A stretch of 50,085 bases of DNA from Eubacteriales bacterium (GTDB taxonomy: Bacteria; Bacillota; Clostridia; Oscillospirales; SIG627), in contig JAZNNH010000036.1 in assembly GCA_045580105.1 (NCBI GenBank), positions 1 through 50,085 of the forward strand, in the 5' to 3' direction. Below are positions 36,129-45,920 of this stretch, piece after piece. Made by a program: the position numbers and the translations under genes. The notes below the pieces were generated by a model that was not told the origin of the DNA, made no database searches, and saw only the letters and a list, made by a program, of their open reading frames with translations. Positions within the stretch are counted from its first letter, which is position 1. Each line of letters begins with the position of its first letter.

Positions 36129-37520
36129 ATGGAAAACCGCGTCTCCGGAACAGATGTACTCATTCGTCTGGAGGACCTTTGTAAATCGTTTGATAATGAG
36201 CAGATTCTGAAAAGTGTGAATCTCTATATTCGCGATAAAGAATTCGTGACCTTGCTCGGCCCCTCCGGCTGTGGCAAAACCACGATTCTTCGGTGTATCG
36301 CGGGCTTTGAAACGCCCGATTCCGGAAATATTTTATTTGACGGAAATAGTCTCCTGGATACGCCTGCGCACGAAAGACCGATCAACACCGTGTTTCAGAA
36401 ATACGCTCTGTTTCCGCATCTGAACGTGTTTGACAACGTTGCGTTCGGATTGCGCATAAAAAAGACGCCGGAAAAGCAGATTCGCCAAAAAGTGAGAAAA
36501 ATGCTCGCGATGGTGGATTTGAAGGGCTATGAAAAAAGACCGATTTCCAAGCTTTCCGGCGGTCAGCAGCAACGCGTTGCCATCGCCCGTGCGCTGGTGA
36601 ATATGCCCCGTCTGCTTCTTTTGGATGAACCGCTGGGCGCGCTGGATTTGAAACTGCGAAAAGATATGCAGCTGGAATTGAAAAATTTGCACCGTCAGTC
36701 GGGTATCACCTTCCTTTACGTCACGCACGATCAGGAAGAGGCACTGACGATGAGCGATACCATCGTCGTGATGAAATCCGGTACCATTCAACAGATCGGT
36801 ACCCCTCAGGATATCTACAATGAACCCGCCAATGCTTTCGTTGCCGACTTTATCGGAGAAAGCAATATTTTCGACGCCCGTATGGAACAGGACAACAAGG
36901 TTACGCTTTGCGGTGCTCAGTTTGATTGTGTCGACCCCAAGCCCGCAGATCTGGTGGACGTGGTAATCCGTCCGGAAGACGTCGAAATCGTGTCTGCAGG
37001 TCAAGGCGCCGTGACCGGCTTTGTGGAAGCCAGTCTCTTTAAGGGCGTTCACTATGAAATGACCGTCTCCTGCGGCGGGGAACAGTGGATCATTCATTCC
37101 ACCCGCTGCGTGGAAGCGGGAGAGACCATCGGCATGAACGTTTCTCCCGAAAACATTCACGTTATGAAGCGTATGTTCCCTTCGGCCGTGAACGCGGTGG
37201 AAGCCGTGGTCGAAAGCGACACGACGCAGGAAGGCGAGACGCAGCTTTCCTTTGACGAGCAAACCATCGCGCTTTCTTCCGACGCGACCTACACCAAGGG
37301 ACAGACCCTGACCTTGTCCATTTCTCCCGAAAAGCTGGAGCTTTGCGATCCGGAGGACGCACAGTTTTCCGGCATTCTTGACAGCGTGGTTTGGAAGGGC
37401 AGTTATTACGAAATGATTGTCATCTCCGAATTTCGCCGCTGGCTGATCAAAAGTCAGATGGACGAGCAGGTCGGCTCTGAAGTTTCCTTCCGCATCAACC
37501 CAGGCTCTGTCACCCTGTGA
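36129..37520 (+). CDS. potA: Spermidine/putrescine ABC transporter ATPase with duplicated C-terminal OB/TOBE module
   Basis: GPSGCGKT, VFQKYALFPH, LSGGQQQRVAIARA, LLLDEP, FVADFIG, FKGVHYEM. Confidence 0.93.
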   Translation: MENRVSGTDVLIRLEDLCKSFDNEQILKSVNLYIRDKEFVTLLGPSGCGKTTILRCIAGFETPDSGNILFDGNSLLDTPAHERPINTVFQKYALFPHLNVFDNVAFGLRIKKTPEKQIRQKVRKMLAMVDLKGYEKRPISKLSGGQQQRVAIARALVNMPRLLLLDEPLGALDLKLRKDMQLELKNLHRQSGITFLYVTHDQEEALTMSDTIVVMKSGTIQQIGTPQDIYNEPANAFVADFIGESNIFDARMEQDNKVTLCGAQFDCVDPKPADLVDVVIRPEDVEIVSAGQGAVTGFVEASLFKGVHYEMTVSCGGEQWIIHSTRCVEAGETIGMNVSPENIHVMKRMFPSAVNAVEAVVESDTTQEGETQLSFDEQTIALSSDATYTKGQTLTLSISPEKLELCDPEDAQFSGILDSVVWKGSYYEMIVISEFRRWLIKSQMDEQVGSEVSFRINPGSVTL

Positions 37521-37533
37521 AAGGAGCGGGAAT

Positions 37534-38322
37534 ATGAAGTCGAAAAAACCTTTGGTTCCGTATCTTTTCTGGATGGTGGCGTTTGTGGTCATTCCCCTCG
37601 GAATGGTGCTTTACTACGCGTTCACCGGAAAAGACGGAAGCTTTTCTCTGTCTAATTTTAAATACATTGCGATCAACAAAGAGGTGTATTTGGATTCGTT
37701 TTGGATCGCCTTGGTTTCCACGTTGATCTGCCTTGTCATTGCGTATCCGCTTGCTTTGGTCATGACGAGAATGAGCCCCCGCGGTCAGAGAATGGTCAAC
37801 ATTCTCATCATGCTTCCGATGTGGATGAACTTTATTTTGAGAATTTGTTCTCTTGAGGTGATTTTCAAATCCGGCGGGGTGCTGGATCAGATTCTCGGTT
37901 TTTCCAATTCGATTTATCACACCTCCACGGCGGTGGTGATCGGAATCGTATACAACTATTTGCCCTTTATGGTGTTGCCCCTTTATACGGTGCTGGGCAA
38001 AATTTCGAAATCGGTGCTGGAAGCAGGACGCGATTTGGGTTGCAACGGATGGCAGCTTCTTTGGAAGGTGATTTTCCCGCTTTCCATTCCCGGCGTGATC
38101 TCCGGCGTGACGATGGTGTTCGTCCCCGCCGCCTCCGCCTTTGTTATCAGCAACCGCCTCGGCAATTTCTGGCTGATCGGCGATACCATCGATTCCTATT
38201 ACACCAAAAACTTTGATTTGAACGCCGCCAGCGTCCTTTCCTTCGTTTTGATGGTGGTCATCGTGATTTCCATTTTGGTGATGAATCACTTTGACAAAGA
38301 CGACGAGATCGTTCTGGTATAG
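37534..38322 (+). CDS. potB: Spermidine/putrescine ABC permease
   Basis: LPMWMN, YNYLPFMVLP, EAA-like EAGRDLG. Confidence 0.9.
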   Translation: MKSKKPLVPYLFWMVAFVVIPLGMVLYYAFTGKDGSFSLSNFKYIAINKEVYLDSFWIALVSTLICLVIAYPLALVMTRMSPRGQRMVNILIMLPMWMNFILRICSLEVIFKSGGVLDQILGFSNSIYHTSTAVVIGIVYNYLPFMVLPLYTVLGKISKSVLEAGRDLGCNGWQLLWKVIFPLSIPGVISGVTMVFVPAASAFVISNRLGNFWLIGDTIDSYYTKNFDLNAASVLSFVLMVVIVISILVMNHFDKDDEIVLV

Positions 38323-38333
38323 GAGGAAATGTG

Positions 38334-40223
38334 ATGAAAAAAACCGTTTCTTCCCTTTATTTGATTTTGATCTTCCTGTTTTTGTATGCTCCGATCGCTT
38401 TGATGATCGTGCTTTCGTTCAACGATGCGACTTGGGGAATTTCCAACTGGAAGGGGTTTACCTTCGATAATTACCTTTCCCTGTTCCAAAACGAGGAATT
38501 GGTGGATGCACTGATCAATTCTTTGGTCATTGCTCTGCTTTCGGCGGTGGGCGCGTCTTTGCTCGGAACGCTCGGCGCTCTGGGTCTGAACAACGTGAAA
38601 AAGTCAAGAGGGGTTCTGATGAACCTTTCGAATCTTCCCATCATCAATCCGGAAATCGTAACGGGTGTGTCCCTGATGCTCGTGTTCATCGGCATCTTTT
38701 CGATGCGGCTCGGCTTTTTGACGGTGCTTTTGTCCCACATCGTGTTCAACACACCCTACGTCATTCTCAACGTGATGCCGCGTCTTCGCAGAATGGATAA
38801 AAACCTTTACGAGGCCGCGCTGGATTTGGGATGTCCGCCTGCAAAAGCGTTTTACCAAGTGGTGCTTCCCGAAATTTTCCCCGGTGTGTTTGCGGGTTTT
38901 CTCATTTCGTTGACCTATTCGTTTGACGACTTTATCATCAGTTATTTTACCGGCGGCAATTTTCAGACGCTTTCCGTTTTCATCAACAACAGTATGAAAA
39001 AGGGAATTCAGCCCTGGATGGCGTCTATGACCGGCGTGATCTTCGTGGCGGTGCTTTTGATTCTGGTCGTGATGAACATTCACGATGCCAGAGCCGAAGC
39101 GAACGAGAAAAAAACGGTTTCGACCACTGGTTCCGGCAAAGGAAAGATGATTTTCAAGCTTTCCGCCGGCTCCCTTGCCGTGGTTTTGATTTTGGGCTTT
39201 TGTTTGCCCCGTGTGTTCCGCTCCGACGATAATACCATTGTGGTCTGCAACTGGGGCGAATATATGTCCACGGGTGATCCGGAATGCTTTGACGTAATTC
39301 GGGAATTCGAAAAGGCAACGGGCATTCGCGTCGAATACGTGACTGCCGAATCCAACGAAGCGCTGTACGCCAAAATGAAATCCGGCGCGGGAAAATACGA
39401 CGTGATTTTCCCCTCCGACTATATGGCGGAACGTATGATCGGGGAGGGAATGCTTGCCAAACTCGATTACAGCAACATCCCCAATTACGCTTCGATTATG
39501 GAGGACTTCAAAGGTCAGGCGTACGACCCGAACGAGGAGTACACGGTGCCCTATTTCTGGGGAACGGTGGGTTTGATCTACAATGAATCCATGCTCTCCG
39601 AGGAAGACCTGAAATTGGTGGAAAACGCCAAGGATTGGAGCATTCTTTGGAGCGATCATTATCCCAGTCAGATTATGATGTTTGACAACCCCCGTGACGC
39701 TTTCGGCATCGCGCTCAAGCAGCTGGGGTATTCGCAGAATACCACGGACGAATCGCAAATCCGCGAAGCAGCAGGGCTGTTGCAGAAGCAAAAGTTCTAC
39801 TACGCAATGGATCAGTTCTTTGAAATGATGCCGTCGGGTTCTCTTGCCGTCGGTGTTTACTATGCAGGGGACTGTATGGCGGTGATGGAGGAAAACGAAG
39901 ACCTGCGCTTTGTGATCCCCGAATGCGGCACGAATCTCTTCAACGACGCGATGTGCGTGCCCGCCACCAGCGAAAAGAAAGAGTTGGCGGAAAAATTCAT
40001 TAATTTTATGCTCACCGTAGAGGCGGGCAAAGCCAACACGGAATACGTTTATTATTCCACCCCCAATCAGGCGGTGTATGACGCTTTGGATGAGGAGCTT
40101 CGGGAAAACCCCGTGGCTTATCCGGAGAAAAAAGAGAATTGGGAGGCGTTCCGACATCTTCCGTCTCAAACCAACGACCTGATGACCGATCTTTGGAATA
40201 CGATAAAAACAAGTAATAAGTAA
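38334..40223 (+). CDS. Fused polyamine ABC permease and substrate-binding protein (PotC-PotD)
   Basis: FLYAPI, NPEIVTGVS, EAALDLG, SFDDF; then NWGEY, SNE, YDVIFPSDY, PYFWGTVG, YAGD. Confidence 0.9.
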   Translation: MKKTVSSLYLILIFLFLYAPIALMIVLSFNDATWGISNWKGFTFDNYLSLFQNEELVDALINSLVIALLSAVGASLLGTLGALGLNNVKKSRGVLMNLSNLPIINPEIVTGVSLMLVFIGIFSMRLGFLTVLLSHIVFNTPYVILNVMPRLRRMDKNLYEAALDLGCPPAKAFYQVVLPEIFPGVFAGFLISLTYSFDDFIISYFTGGNFQTLSVFINNSMKKGIQPWMASMTGVIFVAVLLILVVMNIHDARAEANEKKTVSTTGSGKGKMIFKLSAGSLAVVLILGFCLPRVFRSDDNTIVVCNWGEYMSTGDPECFDVIREFEKATGIRVEYVTAESNEALYAKMKSGAGKYDVIFPSDYMAERMIGEGMLAKLDYSNIPNYASIMEDFKGQAYDPNEEYTVPYFWGTVGLIYNESMLSEEDLKLVENAKDWSILWSDHYPSQIMMFDNPRDAFGIALKQLGYSQNTTDESQIREAAGLLQKQKFYYAMDQFFEMMPSGSLAVGVYYAGDCMAVMEENEDLRFVIPECGTNLFNDAMCVPATSEKKELAEKFINFMLTVEAGKANTEYVYYSTPNQAVYDALDEELRENPVAYPEKKENWEAFRHLPSQTNDLMTDLWNTIKTSNK

Positions 40224-40233
40224 GAGGAACATT

Positions 40234-42840
40234 ATGAAATACACCGGATTGAACGAACTGAGAGAAAAATACCTGTCGTTTTTTGAATCCAAGGGACATC
40301 TGCGTCTGCCCTCTTTCCCCTTGGTTCCGCAAGGAGATAAGTCCCTGCTTTTGATCAACAGCGGCATGGCTCCGATGAAAAAATATTTTACGGGCGAAGA
40401 AAAGCCCCCCAGAAACCGCGTTTGCACCTGCCAGAAGTGCATTCGTACGCCCGACTTGGAGCGCGTGGGAAAGACCGCGCGTCACGGCACGTACTTTGAA
40501 ATGCTGGGCAACTTTTCTTTCGGCGATTACTTCAAGGATGAGGCCATTCCTTTTGCTTGGGAATTTTTGACCCAGACCTTGGAAATTCCCGAAGAGCTTC
40601 TCTGGCCGTCCATTTACGAGGAAGACGAAGAAGCGTTCCACATTTGGAAAGACAAGATCGGCGTTCCCGAAGAGAGAATCGTTCGTATGGGCAAAGCCGA
40701 CAACTTCTGGGAGCACGGTTCCGGTCCTTGCGGTCCTTGCTCCGAGATCTATTTCGACCGCGGAGAAAAATACGGCTGCAAAGATCCGAACTGTAAGCCC
40801 GGTTGCGAATGCGATCGTTATATGGAAATTTGGAACAACGTGTTCAGCCAGTTCAACAACGACGGAAACGGCAACTATACCGAGCTTGCCCAAAAGAATA
40901 TTGACACCGGTATGGGTCTGGAACGCCTTGCCTGCGTGATGCAGGGCGTGGACAATATGTTCGAGGTGGATACCGTTCGCAAAATTTTGGATACGGTTTG
41001 CACCATTTCCGGCAAAACTTATGGTAACGGCGGGGATACGGACGTTTCCATTCGTATCATCACCGACCACATCCGTTCTTCGTCCTTTATGATCTGCGAC
41101 GGGGTCATTCCCTCCAACGAGGGCAGAGGATACGTGCTTCGCCGAATTCTTCGCCGCGCTGCCCGTCACGGAAAGCTTCTGGGAATTTCCGGAACCTTCC
41201 TTGCCGGCCTTTGTGACGTGGTCATTCAGGAAAACGAACAGGGCTATCCCGAATTGAGAGAAAAAGAAGCGTACATTAAAAAGGTCATCGTACTGGAAGA
41301 GGATAAGTTCAACGCAACCATCGATTCCGGTCTTGCGATTTTGTCCGACCTTGTCAACAAGGCAAAAGAAGAAAAGAAAAACGCCCTTTCCGGCGAAGAC
41401 GTATTTAAACTTTACGACACCTTTGGATTCCCCATCGATCTGACGCGCGAAATCGCGGAAGAGGCAGGACTGGAACTGGAGGAAGAAAAGTTCCAAGCAC
41501 TGATGCAGGAGCAAAAAGAGAGAGCCAGAAACGCCCGCGCCAACATTTCCGGTTGGTCCGACGCGGCAAAGAACGTGATTTCCTCTTTGGAGAAAACCGT
41601 GTTCTGCGGCTATGAAAAAGACAGCGTGAAGGCAAACGTTCTCGCCATCTTTGCCGAAGAGGAAGAAGTGCAGACCTTGTCCGAGGGCGAAGCCACCGTG
41701 ATCCTTTCGCAGACTCCCTTCTACGGCGAAAGCGGCGGTCAGGTAGGTGACACCGGTATCATCACCGGCGAAAACGGCGGTCTTGCCGTGCTGGACACCA
41801 AAAAGTCCGAAGGCGTCTTTATGCATATGGTTCGCGTGGAAAACGGCAGTATCAGCGTCGGTGAAGAAGTTCTTTGTGTGGTCGATGCCGAAAGAAGAAA
41901 AGCCATCAGCCGCAACCACTCCTCGGTGCACCTTTTGCAGGCGGCTTTGCGAGAAGTTTTGGGCAACCACGTCGAGCAGGCGGGAAGCTACGTTGATGCC
42001 GATCGCGCTCGTTTTGACTTCAAGCATTTCGAAGCGATGACCAAAGAAGAAATCGCACGCGTGGAAGCGCTCGTCAACGAAAAAATTCTGCAGGCAATCG
42101 ACGTGGAAACGATTGAAACCGATGCCGAAAAAGCCAAACAAATGGGTGCGATGGCACTGTTCGGAGAAAAATACGGCAGCAAAGTCCGTATGGTCACCAT
42201 GGGTGATTTCTCTCGCGAGCTTTGCGGCGGTATCCATCTGAAAAACACCGCGCAAGCAGGACTCTTCCGCATCGTATCCGAACAGGGTGTTGCGGCAGGG
42301 GTCAGAAGAATCGAAGCCCTGACCGGTAAGAACGTATTAAAGCTCTTCTACGAAAAAGAAGCGCTGTTGCAGGAGGCGGCAGACGTTTTGAAAACCAAAG
42401 CGGATCAGCTTCCCGAAAAGACCCGCGCGATGAAAGATCAACTGCGCGAAGCAAAAGAGAAGATCGATGCGCTTTCCTCGAAGCTTTCGGCTTCGGGACT
42501 GGATTCCATTTTGTCCTCCGCTGTGGAGAAAGACGGAATGAAATTGGTCTTTGCTACCGTCGAAGAAGATACCGACGGCAGAAAACTGGGCGATATGCTC
42601 CGCGATAAGGACAGTGCCATCGTGGCAGTGCTCTGTCAGGTACGCGGCGGCAAGGTTCTCTTCAACGCCGTTTGCGGCAAGGACGCCAACGCCAAGGGCG
42701 CTCACGCCGGCAACGTTTTGAAAGCCATTTCTCCCATCGTGGGCGGTGGCGGCGGCGGAAGACCCGATTCTGCTCAGTCCGGCGGTAAGGACCCCGAAAA
42801 GATTGAAGAAGCCAAAAAAGCATTTTTTGAACTCTTTTAA
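40234..42840 (+). CDS. alaS: Alanine--tRNA ligase
   Basis: NSGMAPMK, RHGTYFEMLGNFSFG, DTGMGLER, NHSSVHL, ELCGG, GGGGGRPD. Confidence 0.99.
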   Translation: MKYTGLNELREKYLSFFESKGHLRLPSFPLVPQGDKSLLLINSGMAPMKKYFTGEEKPPRNRVCTCQKCIRTPDLERVGKTARHGTYFEMLGNFSFGDYFKDEAIPFAWEFLTQTLEIPEELLWPSIYEEDEEAFHIWKDKIGVPEERIVRMGKADNFWEHGSGPCGPCSEIYFDRGEKYGCKDPNCKPGCECDRYMEIWNNVFSQFNNDGNGNYTELAQKNIDTGMGLERLACVMQGVDNMFEVDTVRKILDTVCTISGKTYGNGGDTDVSIRIITDHIRSSSFMICDGVIPSNEGRGYVLRRILRRAARHGKLLGISGTFLAGLCDVVIQENEQGYPELREKEAYIKKVIVLEEDKFNATIDSGLAILSDLVNKAKEEKKNALSGEDVFKLYDTFGFPIDLTREIAEEAGLELEEEKFQALMQEQKERARNARANISGWSDAAKNVISSLEKTVFCGYEKDSVKANVLAIFAEEEEVQTLSEGEATVILSQTPFYGESGGQVGDTGIITGENGGLAVLDTKKSEGVFMHMVRVENGSISVGEEVLCVVDAERRKAISRNHSSVHLLQAALREVLGNHVEQAGSYVDADRARFDFKHFEAMTKEEIARVEALVNEKILQAIDVETIETDAEKAKQMGAMALFGEKYGSKVRMVTMGDFSRELCGGIHLKNTAQAGLFRIVSEQGVAAGVRRIEALTGKNVLKLFYEKEALLQEAADVLKTKADQLPEKTRAMKDQLREAKEKIDALSSKLSASGLDSILSSAVEKDGMKLVFATVEEDTDGRKLGDMLRDKDSAIVAVLCQVRGGKVLFNAVCGKDANAKGAHAGNVLKAISPIVGGGGGGRPDSAQSGGKDPEKIEEAKKAFFELF

Positions 42841-42852
42841 AGGAGAATGAAT

Positions 42853-43191
42853 ATGGATTGTTTGTTTTGTTCCATTCTGGAAGGCGCGATTCCTTCCTCC
42901 AAAGTTTATGAGAACGAATCGGTCTATGCATTCCGTGATATCAACCCCCAAGCGCCGGTGCACGTTCTGGTCATTCCCAAAGAGCACATCGGCTCTTGCG
43001 ATGCGGTAACGGCGGAAAACAGCGGCTTGGTGGCAAAGATTTTTGAAGTCATTCCCGAAATCGCAAAGAGTTGCGGCCTGGAACAAGGATATCGAGTCAT
43101 CACCAACGTCGGAGAGCACGGCTGTCAGTCGGTGAAGCATTTGCATTTTCACCTGATCGGCGGAACACAACTCTCCGAAACAATGGCATAA
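42853..43191 (+). CDS. Histidine triad (HIT) nucleotide-binding protein
   Basis: CLFC, DINPQAPVH, HLHFHLIGG. Confidence 0.95.
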   Translation: MDCLFCSILEGAIPSSKVYENESVYAFRDINPQAPVHVLVIPKEHIGSCDAVTAENSGLVAKIFEVIPEIAKSCGLEQGYRVITNVGEHGCQSVKHLHFHLIGGTQLSETMA

Positions 43192-44243
43192 TGGCGCTAA
43201 GAGACGCATTTGGCATCTCGGTGTCGGCATTAAAGGCGCGTCTGCGGGACCATCCCTGCGGCGCCTTTGCCTTTTACGGGCCGGAAGAGATGCTCAAACA
43301 GTTTTATTTGCAGAAATTCGTTTCGCTGATTGAAAAAGAGGGCGCGGCGGATTTCAATCTCGCAAAGCTCGATTTTAACCGTGATCATACCTTGTCGGAT
43401 CTGATGGATGAAAGTCAGATCGTGCCGTTTGCCGGCACGATGCGCTTGGTGATTTGTCGCGGATTCAATCCTGCCAAGCTCAGTGCCGCCGAGGGGAAAA
43501 AGCTTCACGAGCTTTTGCAGCAAATCCCGCCTTACCTGATCCTTATTTTGTATTTGGAAGGGGAGGCGTTTGCCGCGGACAAGGCGACGCTTCAAAAAGC
43601 GGCCGTCAAGCTTCTTTCCGAGGTCATCGATTTCGTTGCCTTTCCCTTGCAGGGCGAAAAGGTGCTTTTGCCGTGGAGTCGGAAGATTTTAGCCATGGAC
43701 GGGCTCTTTTCTTCGGACGGGGCACTGCGCACCCTCTTTCAGCTTTCGGGCAATCAAATGAGTATCATTCGCGCCGAATTGGAAAAAGCCGCGTCCTACG
43801 TGCTTTCTCAAAAACGAACGGAAGTTACGCAGGAAGATTTTCTCCTTTTTGCGCAGGATACCACGGAATTTGCCGTGTTCAATCTTTGCGATGCGGTGCT
43901 GGCGGGAGATGTGCGCGCGGTTGAGCGAATTTTCTTTCAACTCAAACAGCAGGGCGTTGAGCCGGTCTTTATTGCCGCCTCGCTCTCGCGGATGCTGACC
44001 AATGCGCTTTTGATTTTGCAGGGTGCGGATGCCGCCGCTTGCTTCAAAGCCACAAAGCTTGCCTCTTGGCAGTTTGACCGCTATCGAAGAGCCCTCTTCG
44101 GAAAGAAAAAAGAAGAGATGGAACAGGCACTCTTTTCCTGTTTGGAACTGGACGGAAAATTAAAAGGCGGCGCATCCGATGCGCTGCTCGTTACGGAAAT
44201 GGCGGTTTTAAATATGACCCGCATGATCGGAGGGGCAAAATGA
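43191..44243 (+). CDS. holA: DNA polymerase III delta subunit
   Basis: FYGPEEML, PFAGTMRLV, ELEK, VFNLCDA, LDGKLKGG; about 350 aa. Confidence 0.85.
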   Translation: MALRDAFGISVSALKARLRDHPCGAFAFYGPEEMLKQFYLQKFVSLIEKEGAADFNLAKLDFNRDHTLSDLMDESQIVPFAGTMRLVICRGFNPAKLSAAEGKKLHELLQQIPPYLILILYLEGEAFAADKATLQKAAVKLLSEVIDFVAFPLQGEKVLLPWSRKILAMDGLFSSDGALRTLFQLSGNQMSIIRAELEKAASYVLSQKRTEVTQEDFLLFAQDTTEFAVFNLCDAVLAGDVRAVERIFFQLKQQGVEPVFIAASLSRMLTNALLILQGADAAACFKATKLASWQFDRYRRALFGKKKEEMEQALFSCLELDGKLKGGASDALLVTEMAVLNMTRMIGGAK

Positions 44244-44794
44244 AGCCGCGCTGTCACCGCGTGATCGTGGTGGAGGGAAAATACGATCAGATCCGTTTGG
44301 AATCCTTTTTGGATGCGACGATTTTGACCACGCAGGGGTTTGGCATTTTCAAAGACAAAGAAAAACGAGCACTCCTGCGCCGTCTTGCACAAACAAGAGG
44401 CATTGTAGTGCTGGCGGATTCGGACGGAGCAGGGGGCGTCATTCGCTCTCACATCCGTACCGTTTGCGGCAAAGAGGGCGTAACCGACCTTTATATTCCC
44501 CCTGTCCTCGGAAAAGAGCGCAGAAAAGCCGCTCCCTCGAAAGAAGGACTTTTGGGCGTGGAGGGAACGGACAACGAAACGCTTCTGGCGCTCTTTGAAG
44601 CGAGCGGACTGCTGGAAGAAGGAAACGAAAAGCTGCCGCGTTACACCAAAACAGACCTCTATCGCTTGGGCTATTCGGGAAAAGAAGATTCCAAGGCAAA
44701 AAGAGAAGCGGTTTTGGAAGCAAATGCCCTTCCCAAAACCCTGTCTGCCAACGCCTTTTTGGACGTGATCAATTTGCTGGAGATCGAACTATGA
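44240..44794 (+). CDS. rnmV: Ribonuclease M5-like (Toprim + DUF4093)
   Basis: IVVEGKYD, LADSDGAGGVIR, GVEG, C-terminal DLYRLG...R...LS. Confidence 0.85.
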   Translation: MKPRCHRVIVVEGKYDQIRLESFLDATILTTQGFGIFKDKEKRALLRRLAQTRGIVVLADSDGAGGVIRSHIRTVCGKEGVTDLYIPPVLGKERRKAAPSKEGLLGVEGTDNETLLALFEASGLLEEGNEKLPRYTKTDLYRLGYSGKEDSKAKREAVLEANALPKTLSANAFLDVINLLEIEL

Positions 44795-45279
44795 AACAAA
44801 ACTACGTACTTAAGCCGCAGCGAAAAGCAAAACAAGCCATTCTGCTTTGCTTTTGTCTTCTCGTACTTTCGGTCACGTCGTTTTATTTGGCGGAACTGTT
44901 TTTGCCGGCGCGTGCGTTCGGGCAGCTGATTGCCGCTATCTTTCTTCTCCTGTTTATTCAGATCACCAACAAGTATCTTTTGACCGAATACGAATACGCG
45001 CTGGAGGATCAGCTGTTGCATCTTTCCCTGCGTCAGGGAAAAAAGATCAAACATCTCGGCTCGATCCCGCTTTCCGATCGCTGTGTTTTGATGACAAAAC
45101 AAGAGTTTGCCGCCCAAAAGAAGAAAGGGACGGTAACCGGCCGCCTTTCCTACTGCCAAAATCTTTTTGCCGAGTATCACGTTCTTCTCTGTCCGCAGGA
45201 AAAAGGCGCCGCCTGCGTCTGTTTGGAACTCGACGAAACCTTTGTGCGTCTGTTAAAACAGCGGATTGAAACCAAATGA
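44791..45279 (+). CDS. Hypothetical membrane protein (2 TMs + EYEY domain)
   Basis: Overlaps the rnmV stop; two hydrophobic helices followed by TEYEYAL. Confidence 0.7.
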   Translation: MKQNYVLKPQRKAKQAILLCFCLLVLSVTSFYLAELFLPARAFGQLIAAIFLLLFIQITNKYLLTEYEYALEDQLLHLSLRQGKKIKHLGSIPLSDRCVLMTKQEFAAQKKKGTVTGRLSYCQNLFAEYHVLLCPQEKGAACVCLELDETFVRLLKQRIETK

Positions 45280-45331
45280 AACAAGACGGAAAAAGAGAAT
45301 GGTTTTTTCTTCTCTTTTTCCGCTCTTTGAC

Positions 45332-45359
45332 TTGACAAAGAACAAAAAAATGGTATAAT
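45332..45359 (+). promoter_or_regulatory. tRNA-Pro promoter
   Basis: TTGACA, 16 nt spacer, TATAAT with an extended TG. Confidence 0.8.
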
Positions 45360-45374
45360 GTATTAGATTTATTT

Positions 45375-45451
45375 CGAGGCGTGGCTCAGTTTGGTAGAGC
45401 GCTGCGTTCGGGACGCAGAGGCCGCAAGTTCAAGTCTTGTCGCCTCGACCA
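45375..45451 (+). tRNA. tRNA-Pro (CGG)
   Basis: CGAGGCGTGGCTCAGTTTGGTAGAGCGCTGCGTTCGGGACGCAG...GTTCAAGTC...CTCGACCA; 77 nt. Confidence 0.97.
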
Positions 45452-45452
45452 G

Positions 45453-45484
45453 AAAAAAGCACTTGCGAAAGCAAGTGCTTTTTT
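45453..45484 (+). terminator. Intrinsic terminator after tRNA-Pro (a related copy at 45727-45758)
   Basis: AAAAAAGCACTTGC-gaaa-GCAAGTGCTTTTTT. Confidence 0.85.
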
Positions 45485-45720
45485 CAACGATGCGTTCCCT
45501 ACGGAACATGATTCGCACTTCGTGCGTGATGTTTGCCTTCGGCAAGTGATGCACGCCTTCGGCACATGTTGGAACGCATTGCATCACTGCGAGCAGGGCG
45601 AGCAACATCACGTTTGCGTGAGCAAATGCATCACGCAAGGCGTAGCCTTGCGCTTCACTAAAAAGTACGAGAGTTCAAATTCATACGCAAAAACGCCCAT
45701 AATATCTTTTTGTAGCCCAT
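45485..45720. repeat. Multi-hairpin palindromic repeat element, copy 1 (GATG/CATC type)
   Basis: Four YGAT(G) motifs and four C(A/T)TCAC motifs, mostly separated by small hairpins; conserved ~65 bp tail repeated at 48236-48293. Confidence 0.75.
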
Positions 45721-45723
45721 TGA

Positions 45724-45910
45724 CAGAAAAAAGCACCTTGCTATGCAAGGTGCTTTTTCAATGATATAAATTTCTAACAGAATTTTGATATGTCCTTTGT
45801 AACACAATATATCTTCGGTTTGATACGTCGCCTCGCAACAAGAAAAAGGAATTTGTATCATATCGTACCGAACGACGAGTATATCGCCAAATTCCAAAAA
45901 CGACAGTTTC
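45724..45910. repeat. Degenerate copy 2 of the element (GATA/TATC type)
   Basis: Same terminator + CAAYGAT head as 45450-45491; TGATA x3, TATCG x2; partial tail AAAAACGACAGTT. Confidence 0.55.
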
Positions 45911-45920
45911 TGTCAAGTTA

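Noticed and set aside
38604-42255. 612 aa and 747 aa minus-strand ORFs
   Set aside because: Antisense shadows of potCD and alaS.
45485-45660. Possible CRISPR array
   Set aside because: Repeated motifs are only 5-6 nt with hairpin spacers of about 18 nt; no ~30 nt repeats and no cas genes in the window.
45827-45835. GTCGCCTCG matching the tRNA-Pro 3' end as an attR
   Set aside because: Only 9 bp, internal to repeat copy 2 and not at the island boundary; may be chance, so not called.
45369-45897. Small ORFs over the tRNA-Pro and repeat region
   Set aside because: They overlap the tRNA and palindromic repeats, lack an RBS and show no homology cues.
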